Positions 27,475 through 36,787 of a stretch of DNA of 64,000 nucleotides are shown here, piece by piece. The position numbers and the translations under genes are program-made. The notes beneath the pieces were generated by a model. That model had not been told where the DNA came from. It saw only the letters and a list, made by a program, of their open reading frames with translations, and did not search any database. Source of the stretch: Desulfobacterales bacterium (GTDB lineage Bacteria > Desulfobacterota > Desulfobacteria > Desulfobacterales > SURF-7); NCBI GenBank assembly GCA_028277765.1, contig JANQFQ010000035.1, positions 38,615-102,614 on the forward strand, written 5' to 3'. The first letter of the stretch is position 1; each line of letters starts with the position of its first letter.

Positions 27475-28566
27475 ATGGAAATTAAGGCTGCTGTTGTACG
27501 AAGGAATTCCGGAGAATTTATGATTGAAAACCTGGAACTTGATGATCCCAGGGAAGATGAAATACTGGTTAAGGTCGTTGGCGTCGGTATCTGCAGTACC
27601 GATCTTTCCGGCCAGACACAGAAGATACCGGCCAAGCTGCCGGCTGTTTTCGGACATGAAGGATCGGGTATAGTTGAGAAGGTAGGTTCGAATGTAAAGA
27701 AGGTTGCACCTGGTGACCATGTGGTGATGACATACTGGTCTTGCGGAACCTGCAAAACCTGCAGCAACGACGAGAGTGCTTTCTGTCTCGGCTTTTTCCA
27801 AAATTTCCGCGGTACCCGTCCGGACGGCTCAATTACACTGAAAAAGGACGGAAACGTGGTCCATGGCAATTTTTTCAACCAGTCTTCATTTGCGAGCCAC
27901 TGCCTTGTTACAGAGCGGAACATTGTCAAGGTTGACAAAGACGTGCCGCTTGAGATTATCGGACCGCTTGGATGTGGCATTATCAGTGGTGTGGGTGCTG
28001 TGATGAACTGCCTCAAGCCCAAAGAAGGTTCTTCAATTGCGATATTCGGCGTCGGTTCAGTCGGTATGGCAGCTATTCAGGCAGCTATTGCGTGCGGATG
28101 TGAAAAAATAATTGCTGTTACCCGTAAAGATGCGAGACTTGACCAGGCCATGGAACTTGGCGCGACACATAAGATTAATCCGACCAGGGACGCGGTTGTT
28201 GAAGAGCTTATGTACATTACCGGAGGCGGGGTGGATTATTCTCTTGAATGCGCCGGCCATCCTACGGTCTTGAGACAGGCTTTTGACTCTTTGCACCGCA
28301 GGGGGGTATGCTGCCTCGTGGGTGCTGCGCCAAGATTTACTGAAGTCAGCCTGGACATGATTTCCATTATGCAGGGCAGGACACTTGTCGGGAGTGTGGA
28401 AGGGGATGTCAATCCTGATGACTTCATCCCGACCATGATTGAAATGTACAAAGAAGGGAAACTACCCTTTGACAAACTGATTACCACTTACCCCCTGGAA
28501 GATATCAATCAGGCAGTTGCTGATACCCAGTCAGGTAAAGTGCTCAAGGCAGTGCTGACGCCGTAA
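27475..28566 (+). CDS. Zn-dependent medium-chain alcohol dehydrogenase (aryl/allyl-alcohol dehydrogenase-like)
   Basis: GICSTD, GHEGSGIVEKVG, structural-Zn cysteines (CGTCKTCSNDESAFC) and a GVGSVG Rossmann motif. A GAAGGAGG RBS precedes the start. Confidence 0.85.
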   Translation: MEIKAAVVRRNSGEFMIENLELDDPREDEILVKVVGVGICSTDLSGQTQKIPAKLPAVFGHEGSGIVEKVGSNVKKVAPGDHVVMTYWSCGTCKTCSNDESAFCLGFFQNFRGTRPDGSITLKKDGNVVHGNFFNQSSFASHCLVTERNIVKVDKDVPLEIIGPLGCGIISGVGAVMNCLKPKEGSSIAIFGVGSVGMAAIQAAIACGCEKIIAVTRKDARLDQAMELGATHKINPTRDAVVEELMYITGGGVDYSLECAGHPTVLRQAFDSLHRRGVCCLVGAAPRFTEVSLDMISIMQGRTLVGSVEGDVNPDDFIPTMIEMYKEGKLPFDKLITTYPLEDINQAVADTQSGKVLKAVLTP

Positions 28567-28580
28567 TTTTTTTATGGCAT

Positions 28581-28616
28581 ACGGATGACGCTGATTGGGC
28601 GGATTTTTGCGGATTG
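28581..28616. repeat. Family-3 (CGGATGAC-word) half element
   Basis: ACGGATGACGCTGATTGGGCGGATTTTTGCGGATTG lies directly after the ADH stop and before the terminator hairpin. Confidence 0.45.
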
Positions 28617-28628
28617 TTAAACTAAAAA

Positions 28629-28664
28629 ACATCCCGGTTACAGATGTGACCGGGATGTTTATTT
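28629..28664 (+). terminator. Rho-independent terminator after the alcohol dehydrogenase gene
   Basis: A 10-bp stem ACATCCCGGT / ACCGGGATGT with a 10-nt loop, followed by TTATTT, 63 nt past the stop. Confidence 0.6.
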
Positions 28665-29025
28665 GCAGGATGCAACGATCACTCATTTCCTCTTTTTATC
28701 TCACACACAATAATGTAAATATTCTTGACATGTACTGGCGCTTAACATAATTTATTTGCATCTAAAGAACTGATTTTCCAGCTTTAAAACTGATTCTACA
28801 TATTTATTTGCCATTAATGCTGGTATTCTATCTGAAGCGGCAATCAAGTTCAGTTTTAATAGATTAGAGAAAGCCAAACCTTTTGAAAAAAAGGGACGGA
28901 AAACCACGGATTCGTTGTTTGGTGGATAGCCGGGTTGCCTGATTAATTTCTTGTTCGGCAAGTAAAGCAGGTCTATTTGTAACCCAACATTTTTCGTAAA
29001 AGAATAAACTATTAAGGAGGATGCC

Positions 29026-30120
29026 ATGGCAAAGAAAATGAAAACACCAGGTCAGAAGCGAAAATCGATACTTCGAATAGTAATTTTACTGCTGGCGCTT
29101 GTTTTAATTTGTTTAGGCGCGGCAATTAAAGGCGGTATGGCTGTGGTTTCAAAGCAGCTTATTGAAAAGCACGAAACAGTTATCGCGGATGTTACTGATG
29201 TGCAGGAGAAGAAAATTACCTATCGTAAGAAAAAAAGGAAAAAAACCAAGATGGTATACTCTGTCTCTTATCAGTTTCAGAGTGAGGGTAAGACATATAC
29301 AAAAACACTAATGATCTCTGAACCCGAGTATCAGGCTCTCAAAGATAAGAAACAAATGGAAGTGTGGTATGAACCAGGAAATCCAGAACGCAGCTCTTTT
29401 GAAGCGCATTTGCGCGCCAAGTCTTCGAAGAGGAGTTTCACTGCAAACGCTATAAGCGCAAGTATTGTTGTTGTGCCTGTATGCGCTGTGTTATACGTAA
29501 TCCTTGCTTTTCTGTTTGTTCGAGAGAAAGGAGGGGTGATACCGGAAGGGTTTGTTACAGATACAAGCTGGCTGGATGTGGATGACAACTTTCTGATTGT
29601 ACTTGAAGATGAGAATCTTGCTATCGTCAAGATCGACGAGAAACGAGTATCGCGCGTGCAGGACCTGTATCAGGAAAGCGCGTCACTTGAATCAATGGTT
29701 GATGAAGGTAAAGGCGTAGTAACTCGGGTGCCGCTCGCCAAGATAACATCAATAGAGAGTAAACATTATAGTGACAGCATTTATGTTAAGTACGAAAAGG
29801 ACGATGACAGTGACAGCGAAAGTGTCGAGTTTTTGAACCCCACCGTCAAAGAACACGCCCTGGAACGTATTGCACCGAAACTCTCTTCCGGGCTGACCAA
29901 ATCCGTAAAAGAGCTTACGAGGATACAGGCGGCCATACCATCTTTGATTGGCGCTATTATTTGCGGAGGCGCCATGGCTTTTTTCCGTGACGCCATTTTT
30001 GTTCTTATTCTTGGCGGTATTGGTCTGCTCTATGCGTTAAAAACACTTCTGACACGTGTGATTGATCCAACGGTTATTACTACATGGGAGGCTCCGGAAA
30101 AAGAAGGGACAGAGGAGTAA
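29026..30120 (+). CDS. Four-TM membrane protein with a DUF3592-like N-terminal module
   Basis: AAGGAGG RBS. The order is TM helix (ILLLALVLICLGAAI), a beta-rich ~110-aa segment, a second TM, a ~130-aa acidic soluble segment, then two C-terminal TM helices. Confidence 0.55.
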   Translation: MAKKMKTPGQKRKSILRIVILLLALVLICLGAAIKGGMAVVSKQLIEKHETVIADVTDVQEKKITYRKKKRKKTKMVYSVSYQFQSEGKTYTKTLMISEPEYQALKDKKQMEVWYEPGNPERSSFEAHLRAKSSKRSFTANAISASIVVVPVCAVLYVILAFLFVREKGGVIPEGFVTDTSWLDVDDNFLIVLEDENLAIVKIDEKRVSRVQDLYQESASLESMVDEGKGVVTRVPLAKITSIESKHYSDSIYVKYEKDDDSDSESVEFLNPTVKEHALERIAPKLSSGLTKSVKELTRIQAAIPSLIGAIICGGAMAFFRDAIFVLILGGIGLLYALKTLLTRVIDPTVITTWEAPEKEGTEE

Positions 30121-30218
30121 TGCAAGACAATCAGAAGATGACAGGTTGTGGTTTAAGAGCCAGAGGATTGGGAACACAATTTGTGATTTCTTATAAGGAT
30201 ATATAGGGGTAAAGAGTG

Positions 30219-32027
30219 ATGATGAAAAAACATTATTTGTTATTTATTATAGCTGCAGTTGTTTGTTTTTCAGGATGTGCCACAAAGCATGTAGAAGGGA
30301 CAGCAGATACATCTTCCGTTGAAATAAAAGAAGAGATAACATCTGATTCAGGGAGAGATGAAATGGCTCCGGAAGTTGAAGAAGAAGTTGAATCGTTTGT
30401 TGCCCCTCTTGAGGGTGATATGCCGGGAGCTCCTGCAGCTAAGCCCAAATCACGTTTTAAAACCGCGAAGAGAATTTCAAGCAGAAAGGTGCCTTCTGCT
30501 TCAGGTCTGAAAGCAGGATTTGCTGATGACAATAAACAGTTCAACTTTTTTTTAAATTTTCTGAAAAAATATGGCGGTAGTGTCAGAAAATATGACCTCA
30601 ATATTGAGGAGAGAATTATCCTGACAATAAAAGATGCTGAGGGGAAAACACTTCCGGATGCACAGGTCTGCGTGAAAGCTGGGAGGAAGGAACTATGTAC
30701 GGGCACAACCTATTCAGATGGAACCTTCATGATGTTCCCTTCAGAATTTAGTAAAAAGCATTCGAAGTATGATGTTGAAATGTCTTATGCGGGACATACA
30801 GAGAAATTACGCATTGATCGTCAGGGGAAACGGCATCTGGATATACAACTTAACTGTAAGAAGGAGACTGTCCAAAGCGTTCCTGTGGATATCCTTTTTG
30901 TCCTTGATACCACAGGGAGCATGGGAGAAGAAATCAGCCGTCTTAAGTCGACCATTGAGATCATTAAGATGAATCTGGCGTCCCTCCCGTCAAGTCCGTC
31001 TGTGCGATTTGGCATGGTTCTTTATAAAGACAGACGGGATTCATACGTTACCAAAGTAGTGCCCTTAACAGAAAACCTGGCGGATTTTCAGGCATCACTT
31101 AACAAGGTAAGGGCTTCGGGCGGCGGTGACGGCCCAGAGGATCTGCAGTCAGCACTGGATGATACGTTGAGAAAAATTGTGTGGAATGAAAAAGGGATAC
31201 GGCTTGGATTCATCATTACAGACGCTCCCCCGCATCTTGACTATGGACAGAAGTACACGTATATGGATGCAGCAAGGGACGCAAAGAAAAAAGGTATCAA
31301 ACTCTTTAGTGTCGGAACCGGTGGCCTGGATATCATGGGTGAGTATATACTCAGACAGATATCTCAGTATACTTACGCGAAATATATTTTTCTGACCTAT
31401 GGAGAAAAGGGTGAAAGCGCTGGTGGGAAACCCGGAAGTGTGAGTCATCACACAGGCTCAAACTTTCAGACAGATAAACTTGAAGCGATTATTATCAGGA
31501 TTGCAAAAGAAGAATTAGGGCATTTTACGGACAGCAGTCTTGACGAAGGTGAGGGTTATTTTGAGGCCAATAAAGATGATGATGAAAAGAGCCCCGAGAC
31601 ACTAAAAAAACTTTTTGATATGGCTGTTTCTCAACTGGTGGATTATTCTTCGATTAATATAGCGCCTGGGACACCCGCGGGGGTCATCCCGATTACCGCA
31701 ACAGATGATGACTTAAATGCAGATGCTGAATATTTCACAGAACATCTTATCGCTTCATTCAGCCAGAATAAAAAATTCAAAGCAGTTGAAAGAAAGGACA
31801 TCCAAAAAATTATGACAGAGTTAAAAATTGGGATGTCGGGTCTTGCTGATGATCAGACTGCCGCAAAGGTTGGAAAGTTAATCGGTGCTGAGATGCTTGC
31901 TGGGGGCAGGCTCTATGAAAAAAAACAAGGGTATGAAATCTTTCTGAAACTTCTACGCGTGGAGACAGGGGAGGTGCTTGCGGTTACAAAGTTGAAGATT
32001 GATAAGGGATTGGGGCTTTTGAAGTAG
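30219..32027 (+). CDS. Lipoprotein with a vWA (MIDAS) domain and a CsgG/LpoB-like C-terminal domain
   Basis: Lipobox CFSGC and an acidic linker. The vWA core is DILFVLDTTGSMGEEI ... ITDAPPH. The C-terminal segment KFKAVERKDIQKIMTELKIGMSGLADDQTAAKVGKLIGAEMLAGGRL fits the CsgG/LpoB-type pattern. The exact start (GTG 30216, ATG 30219 or ATG 30222) is uncertain. Confidence 0.75.
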   Translation: MMKKHYLLFIIAAVVCFSGCATKHVEGTADTSSVEIKEEITSDSGRDEMAPEVEEEVESFVAPLEGDMPGAPAAKPKSRFKTAKRISSRKVPSASGLKAGFADDNKQFNFFLNFLKKYGGSVRKYDLNIEERIILTIKDAEGKTLPDAQVCVKAGRKELCTGTTYSDGTFMMFPSEFSKKHSKYDVEMSYAGHTEKLRIDRQGKRHLDIQLNCKKETVQSVPVDILFVLDTTGSMGEEISRLKSTIEIIKMNLASLPSSPSVRFGMVLYKDRRDSYVTKVVPLTENLADFQASLNKVRASGGGDGPEDLQSALDDTLRKIVWNEKGIRLGFIITDAPPHLDYGQKYTYMDAARDAKKKGIKLFSVGTGGLDIMGEYILRQISQYTYAKYIFLTYGEKGESAGGKPGSVSHHTGSNFQTDKLEAIIIRIAKEELGHFTDSSLDEGEGYFEANKDDDEKSPETLKKLFDMAVSQLVDYSSINIAPGTPAGVIPITATDDDLNADAEYFTEHLIASFSQNKKFKAVERKDIQKIMTELKIGMSGLADDQTAAKVGKLIGAEMLAGGRLYEKKQGYEIFLKLLRVETGEVLAVTKLKIDKGLGLLK

Positions 32028-32214
32028 AAGAAAAAAAAGACAACAAATTCACCACGAAGAAAGGGAGTCTAACAATAACAGGGACGTTATCACGCAAAGA
32101 CGCGAAGGCGCAAAGAGGAGACTATGAAGATATTACAAATTGTGATATCCTCAAAAATTAAATATGTAAAACGGGTACTGGCATTCACAAATATAACAAA
32201 AAGCAGGAAGTATT

Positions 32215-33570
32215 ATGAGTTCATCAGCGGCCCTTGATTTTACATATCTATATCCGTTTACTTCATCTGTAGAAAAAACTGATCAGGGTGCGGGATTACG
32301 GTTAGCCACCTGTGATGCCAATCAGGATCATCCGCATTTCTTTGAAGGGCGGCTACTATATCCGCGGTTGATTGGTGATATGTTGACGGTCCTCAGCGAT
32401 ATCGTCCGTACAAATTATTTCATGCCTACTCCCTCTCTCCTTGATCCCGTTGTTACAAGCAATGAAGAAATGCTCCGTTTTGAGGGATTTAGCGGGTGTT
32501 GCGGTGTGTACGCCCGCGTGGATTTGCCGGAGAAATCTTTTGAGGGTGACCTGATGAGGCGGGGTACAACCAATGTGGATTTCAATAACCCCATGAGGGC
32601 CGCGCTGGTCCGCTTGCGAGATCATGATGATGCCCGTTTGTCAGTCGGCGCAGATGAAGTGGCGCTTTCCAGAAACGACTCTGCTGTTGTTGAAAAGAAA
32701 GTCAAGCTTCCGATCAGATGGATAAAAGGTTTTAGTGAAGTGCAGGCATATCAACCGTTAATGAAAATGAAGGTAGAGGTCCCCGCGCATGAGGGCCGTC
32801 GTTTTATACGTTCCCTGCCCCGGGGAGGTGGGGGTAAACGACCTTCCTTTATAAAGCAATGGGGGAAAAAAATACGGCTCACGCATCAGGAGAAATCAGG
32901 CGCTATTCGTGTTCTAGGTACAGAGAGAATCAGGGCCATTGAGCCTTTGCTTAATACAGCCGAGAAATTGAGAATCTGGTATGATGAAGAAGCTGGCACA
33001 AGCGGCTGGGAAATTGTTTCTGATGCAGGAAAACTTTTCCTGATGATCAGCCCTGAAGTCTATCGCGGTTTTTCAGGTGAAGGACAGGTCTTGAAAAAAC
33101 TGGCGATCGGAGATTGGAAAAAAGCGCTGCCCCAAGTGCAGGCCGGCCTGTCCTGGCAATCGCGTGTTAGTGTAACCGATCTTGAGAAGCAGACGGCATT
33201 TGACAGGGAGTCAATTGAAGCAGCACTGGCAGTTCTTGGTTCCCGGGGGCTTGCCGGCTATGATGTGACATCAGGGAAGTATTTTCACCGTATTCTCCCA
33301 TTTGAATTGGATAAAGTAGAGCAGCTTCAGCCGCGTCTTAAGGGGGCCAATAAATTATTGGAATCAGGAAATGTGGAGATTCTAAAAAGTATGGAAAAAA
33401 ATGAATTCGATCTTGGGGTGGGCGGTACAGATGTTACACACTATGTGAGGTTAAGAGCTGATCAGGATAAATGCACGTGCCCGTGGTTCAGCAAGTATCA
33501 GGGGCAGAGGGGGCCATGCAAACACATACTGGCCGCTAGAATGTTTGCTGAAAGGAAAAATGCCGAATGA
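32215..33570 (+). CDS. SWIM zinc-finger protein
   Basis: The C-terminal CTCPWFSKYQGQRGPCKHILAA is a CxC-x(n)-CxH SWIM signature. There is no signal peptide or TM helix. Confidence 0.75.
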   Translation: MSSSAALDFTYLYPFTSSVEKTDQGAGLRLATCDANQDHPHFFEGRLLYPRLIGDMLTVLSDIVRTNYFMPTPSLLDPVVTSNEEMLRFEGFSGCCGVYARVDLPEKSFEGDLMRRGTTNVDFNNPMRAALVRLRDHDDARLSVGADEVALSRNDSAVVEKKVKLPIRWIKGFSEVQAYQPLMKMKVEVPAHEGRRFIRSLPRGGGGKRPSFIKQWGKKIRLTHQEKSGAIRVLGTERIRAIEPLLNTAEKLRIWYDEEAGTSGWEIVSDAGKLFLMISPEVYRGFSGEGQVLKKLAIGDWKKALPQVQAGLSWQSRVSVTDLEKQTAFDRESIEAALAVLGSRGLAGYDVTSGKYFHRILPFELDKVEQLQPRLKGANKLLESGNVEILKSMEKNEFDLGVGGTDVTHYVRLRADQDKCTCPWFSKYQGQRGPCKHILAARMFAERKNAE

Positions 33571-36500
33571 CACCGGAAGAACTGGAAAAATTGGTCGCAA
33601 TGGCTGATACAGCTGCGTTGGTAAAAGCAGTTGAAAAACTATCCGAAACCGAGCGGAGAAAGCTTTCCAAAACCGCGGGCAGACTGTACCGAGACATTGA
33701 CAGGGTCCGTTTTGACTTTAATCCGCAAACCAACCTGCAGAAAGAGGAACCTCTTGAACGGCTCAAAAATCTTATAAAAGGTAAAAAGATCACCATACAC
33801 AACCAATACATTGCTGCTAAGCTGGCTGCTCTTGCGTGCTGTCCAATTTCAACCGTGCGTCGTGTTGACGGCAGAGGAGGACAAAAAGCGACTGATCATG
33901 TGTTGAAAATTTTAACGGATCGGCAGCCAGATTGGATTGATGAATGGATCGATGAAAAACTTAAAGGCGAATGGTTTAGTATCTCATGGCCTACTGTTCG
34001 TGCCCTTGTGAATAAAGGTATGTGTAGCAAACCTGCCTCAGATGGTTACATCAATTTAATGGTTCAGGACCTGCCAGGTGCTTACTATGAAAACAAAACA
34101 AACTATATCCCGACAAGCAAAAAGCTCCTTGATGATCCTGATCTGCTGGAGGATGAAGTGTGGCGGCTGTTCGAGGTTGAAACATATGCTTTTTGGGTAG
34201 ACTATATGGAAGACAGAGAGGGGGTTCCTGAAAACTATGAGACATGGCCAAAAACGCTAAAAAAATTGTCCGAAAACGGGCATTTGGACCGTCAGCGCCT
34301 GCTCGAAGCCAGCCTTTCCGGGCTGACAACCGGTTTCAAGAATAACGCTTTAACAGGCTATATAAAATTCCATACTTTTCTTGAACCATCAATAGATGAG
34401 ATGACTGCCCTGCAGGAGACATATATTGATTTACTGTCAAATAAGGCTTCTCATGTTGTTACGTTTGCCCTTAAGATGCTGAAAATGATCGACAAAGAAA
34501 AAAAACTGGATGACCGCGCATTTATTAGTGCGGCAAGTTCGGTTTTAAATATAAAAACAAAAGGACAGCCAAAAACAGCAATTATGTTTTTGAAACGGAT
34601 CATCAAACGTAATCCAGACCTTAAGAAGGATATTCTAAAAGGGGCTGTTAACGGGCTTATCCATGAATCCGTGGATATACAGGATCAAATCATAACACTA
34701 ATAGAAGCTCACGCGGATGTTATTGATGAAGAAATGCTTTCTTCTATTGCCAGTAAGGCCATGGATATATCTGCTACTCATCAATCAAGGATTGATGGTA
34801 TTCTTGAAAAGACCGGCCTTGAGAAAGAAGATAACCTGTCAAGCTCTTTAGATGATTTAGAAGAAATCTACAGGGGGCTATTAGAAAAGGTCTCTAAAAT
34901 AGATCCTGTTTTCAGTAAATACACGGGGCTGAATCTCGCGCCAGACACATTCAGTTCCATGTCATTTTTGCCTGCTATGACGTTTAATATCTCTGAGGTA
35001 CCGTTACTTACTGGTTTGCAGAAAATTGAACCGATTGAAACAATAGATGAACTGATCGACGCTGTTGCTCATGCAGTGGAGATAGTTGATTCAGCCGATG
35101 AGGTAGAACGGATTCTTGACGGAATCAGCAGGCTTTGTGATCAAAAACCAGATGATTTTGAAAAAAGAACCGAGCCGATCTTGAAACGAATTAACAAAGA
35201 CACCGCCTCTGAAACTTCGCGTGGATTGGTTCACAGCTGGGGGGCACCTTTTGCCATTTATCAGCTTTTAATCGCATGGCTGACAGGAAAAAAAGTTACA
35301 GGCCAGGGACCGAACAAATATGCTTCAGATGTTTGGCTGCCGATCACTGCAAGGCTAAATGAACTAACTGACCGCGTTCTGAAAAAAGAGGCTGTGGTAA
35401 TGTTGAGTTCACCGACACATGAACATGGGTGGATAGATTCTTCTGTACTGGTAGACCGGTTGCTTTTGTTACAGGAAAGGAATATTGATCTGCCAAAGCA
35501 TGATTTTCTTCAAGCGCTTCTGCGTATAGCGCCTGACCGGAAAGATAAAGCGTTTATAGCCTGTTCATCCCTAAAAGGTATGCTCAGACATATAATGACA
35601 TGGATCCTCAACGGGGCAGAAAGCTCTCCTAATAACGATAAAGAAGTTGAAAACAAAAGTAAAATAAAAACCTTAACAAAGAAAGTGGTCGCATTGTTTA
35701 ACCGGGAACATGTCAGAAAAAAAGATGCGCCGTTTTGGCTTGCTGCGGGAAGAGCCCGTTTCCCATTAAGTGATCTCTCAAATCTGAATTTTCTTAAGCA
35801 TACTAAATGGGGCCCTGATGGTCTAGTGCCGGCTCAATATCATTGGGAAGCTGAGATTAAGAAACAGTATAACAAATGGTCCAAGAAGATTTATTACATC
35901 AACAGATTGGATCTGGCAATCAAACCTGAAACCATGGCACCGGATAAAACAGCCTATTATCCGACAATAGCTTTACATATGCGTAAAGAAAAGTGGTCAG
36001 CGTATGGTGTACATTCACCCTGGCTTTTCCAATGGATCAGCATGATGTGGCTTCAAAATACGGATCCGTTTTTTGCAACCGGCATACATTCTCTTGACCT
36101 AAGAATGGATGATAACTCATCCACTTTTGATCCCAATTTTACTTTTCTGGAACCGCTTCTTGAAACAGACCGACCGATTTCAGAGATGGGAAGTCTTGCT
36201 TTATGGCTGGGACTTGCGGGCCGTGATGCTGATGCAAGGGGATATGCATTAGATGTACTGGCAGAAGCCATAGAGGATGGAAGGGCGCATCCTGACATAC
36301 TCGGTCCGACACTGGTTAAATTAGGAAAGAATGGATGGCTCAAGCTTAACCGGTTGAAAGCAACCCTTGGGGATACTGCAAGGCTGTCATCATTACACGC
36401 TTATGTCATTGCTCTGATTCTTGATCAATGGCTGGCGGCACAAGATGAACTTCCTCGGGATGCACATTATTTGTTAACACTTATTCTTGAACTGAATATA

Positions 36501-36698
36501 AAACTTGGTATTTCACTTAGTGAAAATGCCTGTCTTCCCCTTGACAAAGTAAAAGGGTCCAGTAAGACGGCAAAATTGTCAAAAAAACTGCTTCAGCATC
36601 ATCCGGAAAAACCTGGTCATGCGGTTAACGAAGCCCTTTTGCAGCAGTTGGAACAGCGTGTTGCCAGGGCGGAGCGGTGGCAGGAAGTAGAAAACTAG
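33567..36698 (+). CDS. 1043-aa predicted all-helical protein of unknown function, translationally coupled to the SWIM gene
   Basis: Its ATG overlaps the SWIM stop (ATGA). The long ORF has coding-like composition, no TM segments and no catalytic motifs I recognise. Confidence 0.6.
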   Translation: MTPEELEKLVAMADTAALVKAVEKLSETERRKLSKTAGRLYRDIDRVRFDFNPQTNLQKEEPLERLKNLIKGKKITIHNQYIAAKLAALACCPISTVRRVDGRGGQKATDHVLKILTDRQPDWIDEWIDEKLKGEWFSISWPTVRALVNKGMCSKPASDGYINLMVQDLPGAYYENKTNYIPTSKKLLDDPDLLEDEVWRLFEVETYAFWVDYMEDREGVPENYETWPKTLKKLSENGHLDRQRLLEASLSGLTTGFKNNALTGYIKFHTFLEPSIDEMTALQETYIDLLSNKASHVVTFALKMLKMIDKEKKLDDRAFISAASSVLNIKTKGQPKTAIMFLKRIIKRNPDLKKDILKGAVNGLIHESVDIQDQIITLIEAHADVIDEEMLSSIASKAMDISATHQSRIDGILEKTGLEKEDNLSSSLDDLEEIYRGLLEKVSKIDPVFSKYTGLNLAPDTFSSMSFLPAMTFNISEVPLLTGLQKIEPIETIDELIDAVAHAVEIVDSADEVERILDGISRLCDQKPDDFEKRTEPILKRINKDTASETSRGLVHSWGAPFAIYQLLIAWLTGKKVTGQGPNKYASDVWLPITARLNELTDRVLKKEAVVMLSSPTHEHGWIDSSVLVDRLLLLQERNIDLPKHDFLQALLRIAPDRKDKAFIACSSLKGMLRHIMTWILNGAESSPNNDKEVENKSKIKTLTKKVVALFNREHVRKKDAPFWLAAGRARFPLSDLSNLNFLKHTKWGPDGLVPAQYHWEAEIKKQYNKWSKKIYYINRLDLAIKPETMAPDKTAYYPTIALHMRKEKWSAYGVHSPWLFQWISMMWLQNTDPFFATGIHSLDLRMDDNSSTFDPNFTFLEPLLETDRPISEMGSLALWLGLAGRDADARGYALDVLAEAIEDGRAHPDILGPTLVKLGKNGWLKLNRLKATLGDTARLSSLHAYVIALILDQWLAAQDELPRDAHYLLTLILELNIKLGISLSENACLPLDKVKGSSKTAKLSKKLLQHHPEKPGHAVNEALLQQLEQRVARAERWQEVEN

Positions 36699-36787
36699 CA
36701 AGATTGAATTTTTGTGTGTTGTTCCCCGGAGAATTGAGGCCATAACCATTGTTGACTTTGTACAGAAAGGATTAAAAAAAACCGAAC

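Noticed and set aside
28752-29027. A 91-aa minus-strand ORF lies just upstream of the DUF3592-like gene.
   Set aside because: It has no RBS, no recognisable motifs and ends against the strong AAGGAGG-ATG start of the plus-strand gene. It is probably the 5' leader or promoter region. A candidate TTGACA-17-TAATTT promoter at 28725-28753 was judged too weak to list.
32028-32214. The spacer between the vWA and SWIM genes contains CGCAAAG-type words (CACGCAAAGACGCGAAGGCGCAAAGAGG). These might be another repeat family or a regulatory site.
   Set aside because: There is only one short, single-arm occurrence in the window, so I cannot tell it apart from chance purine-rich sequence without a genome-wide count.
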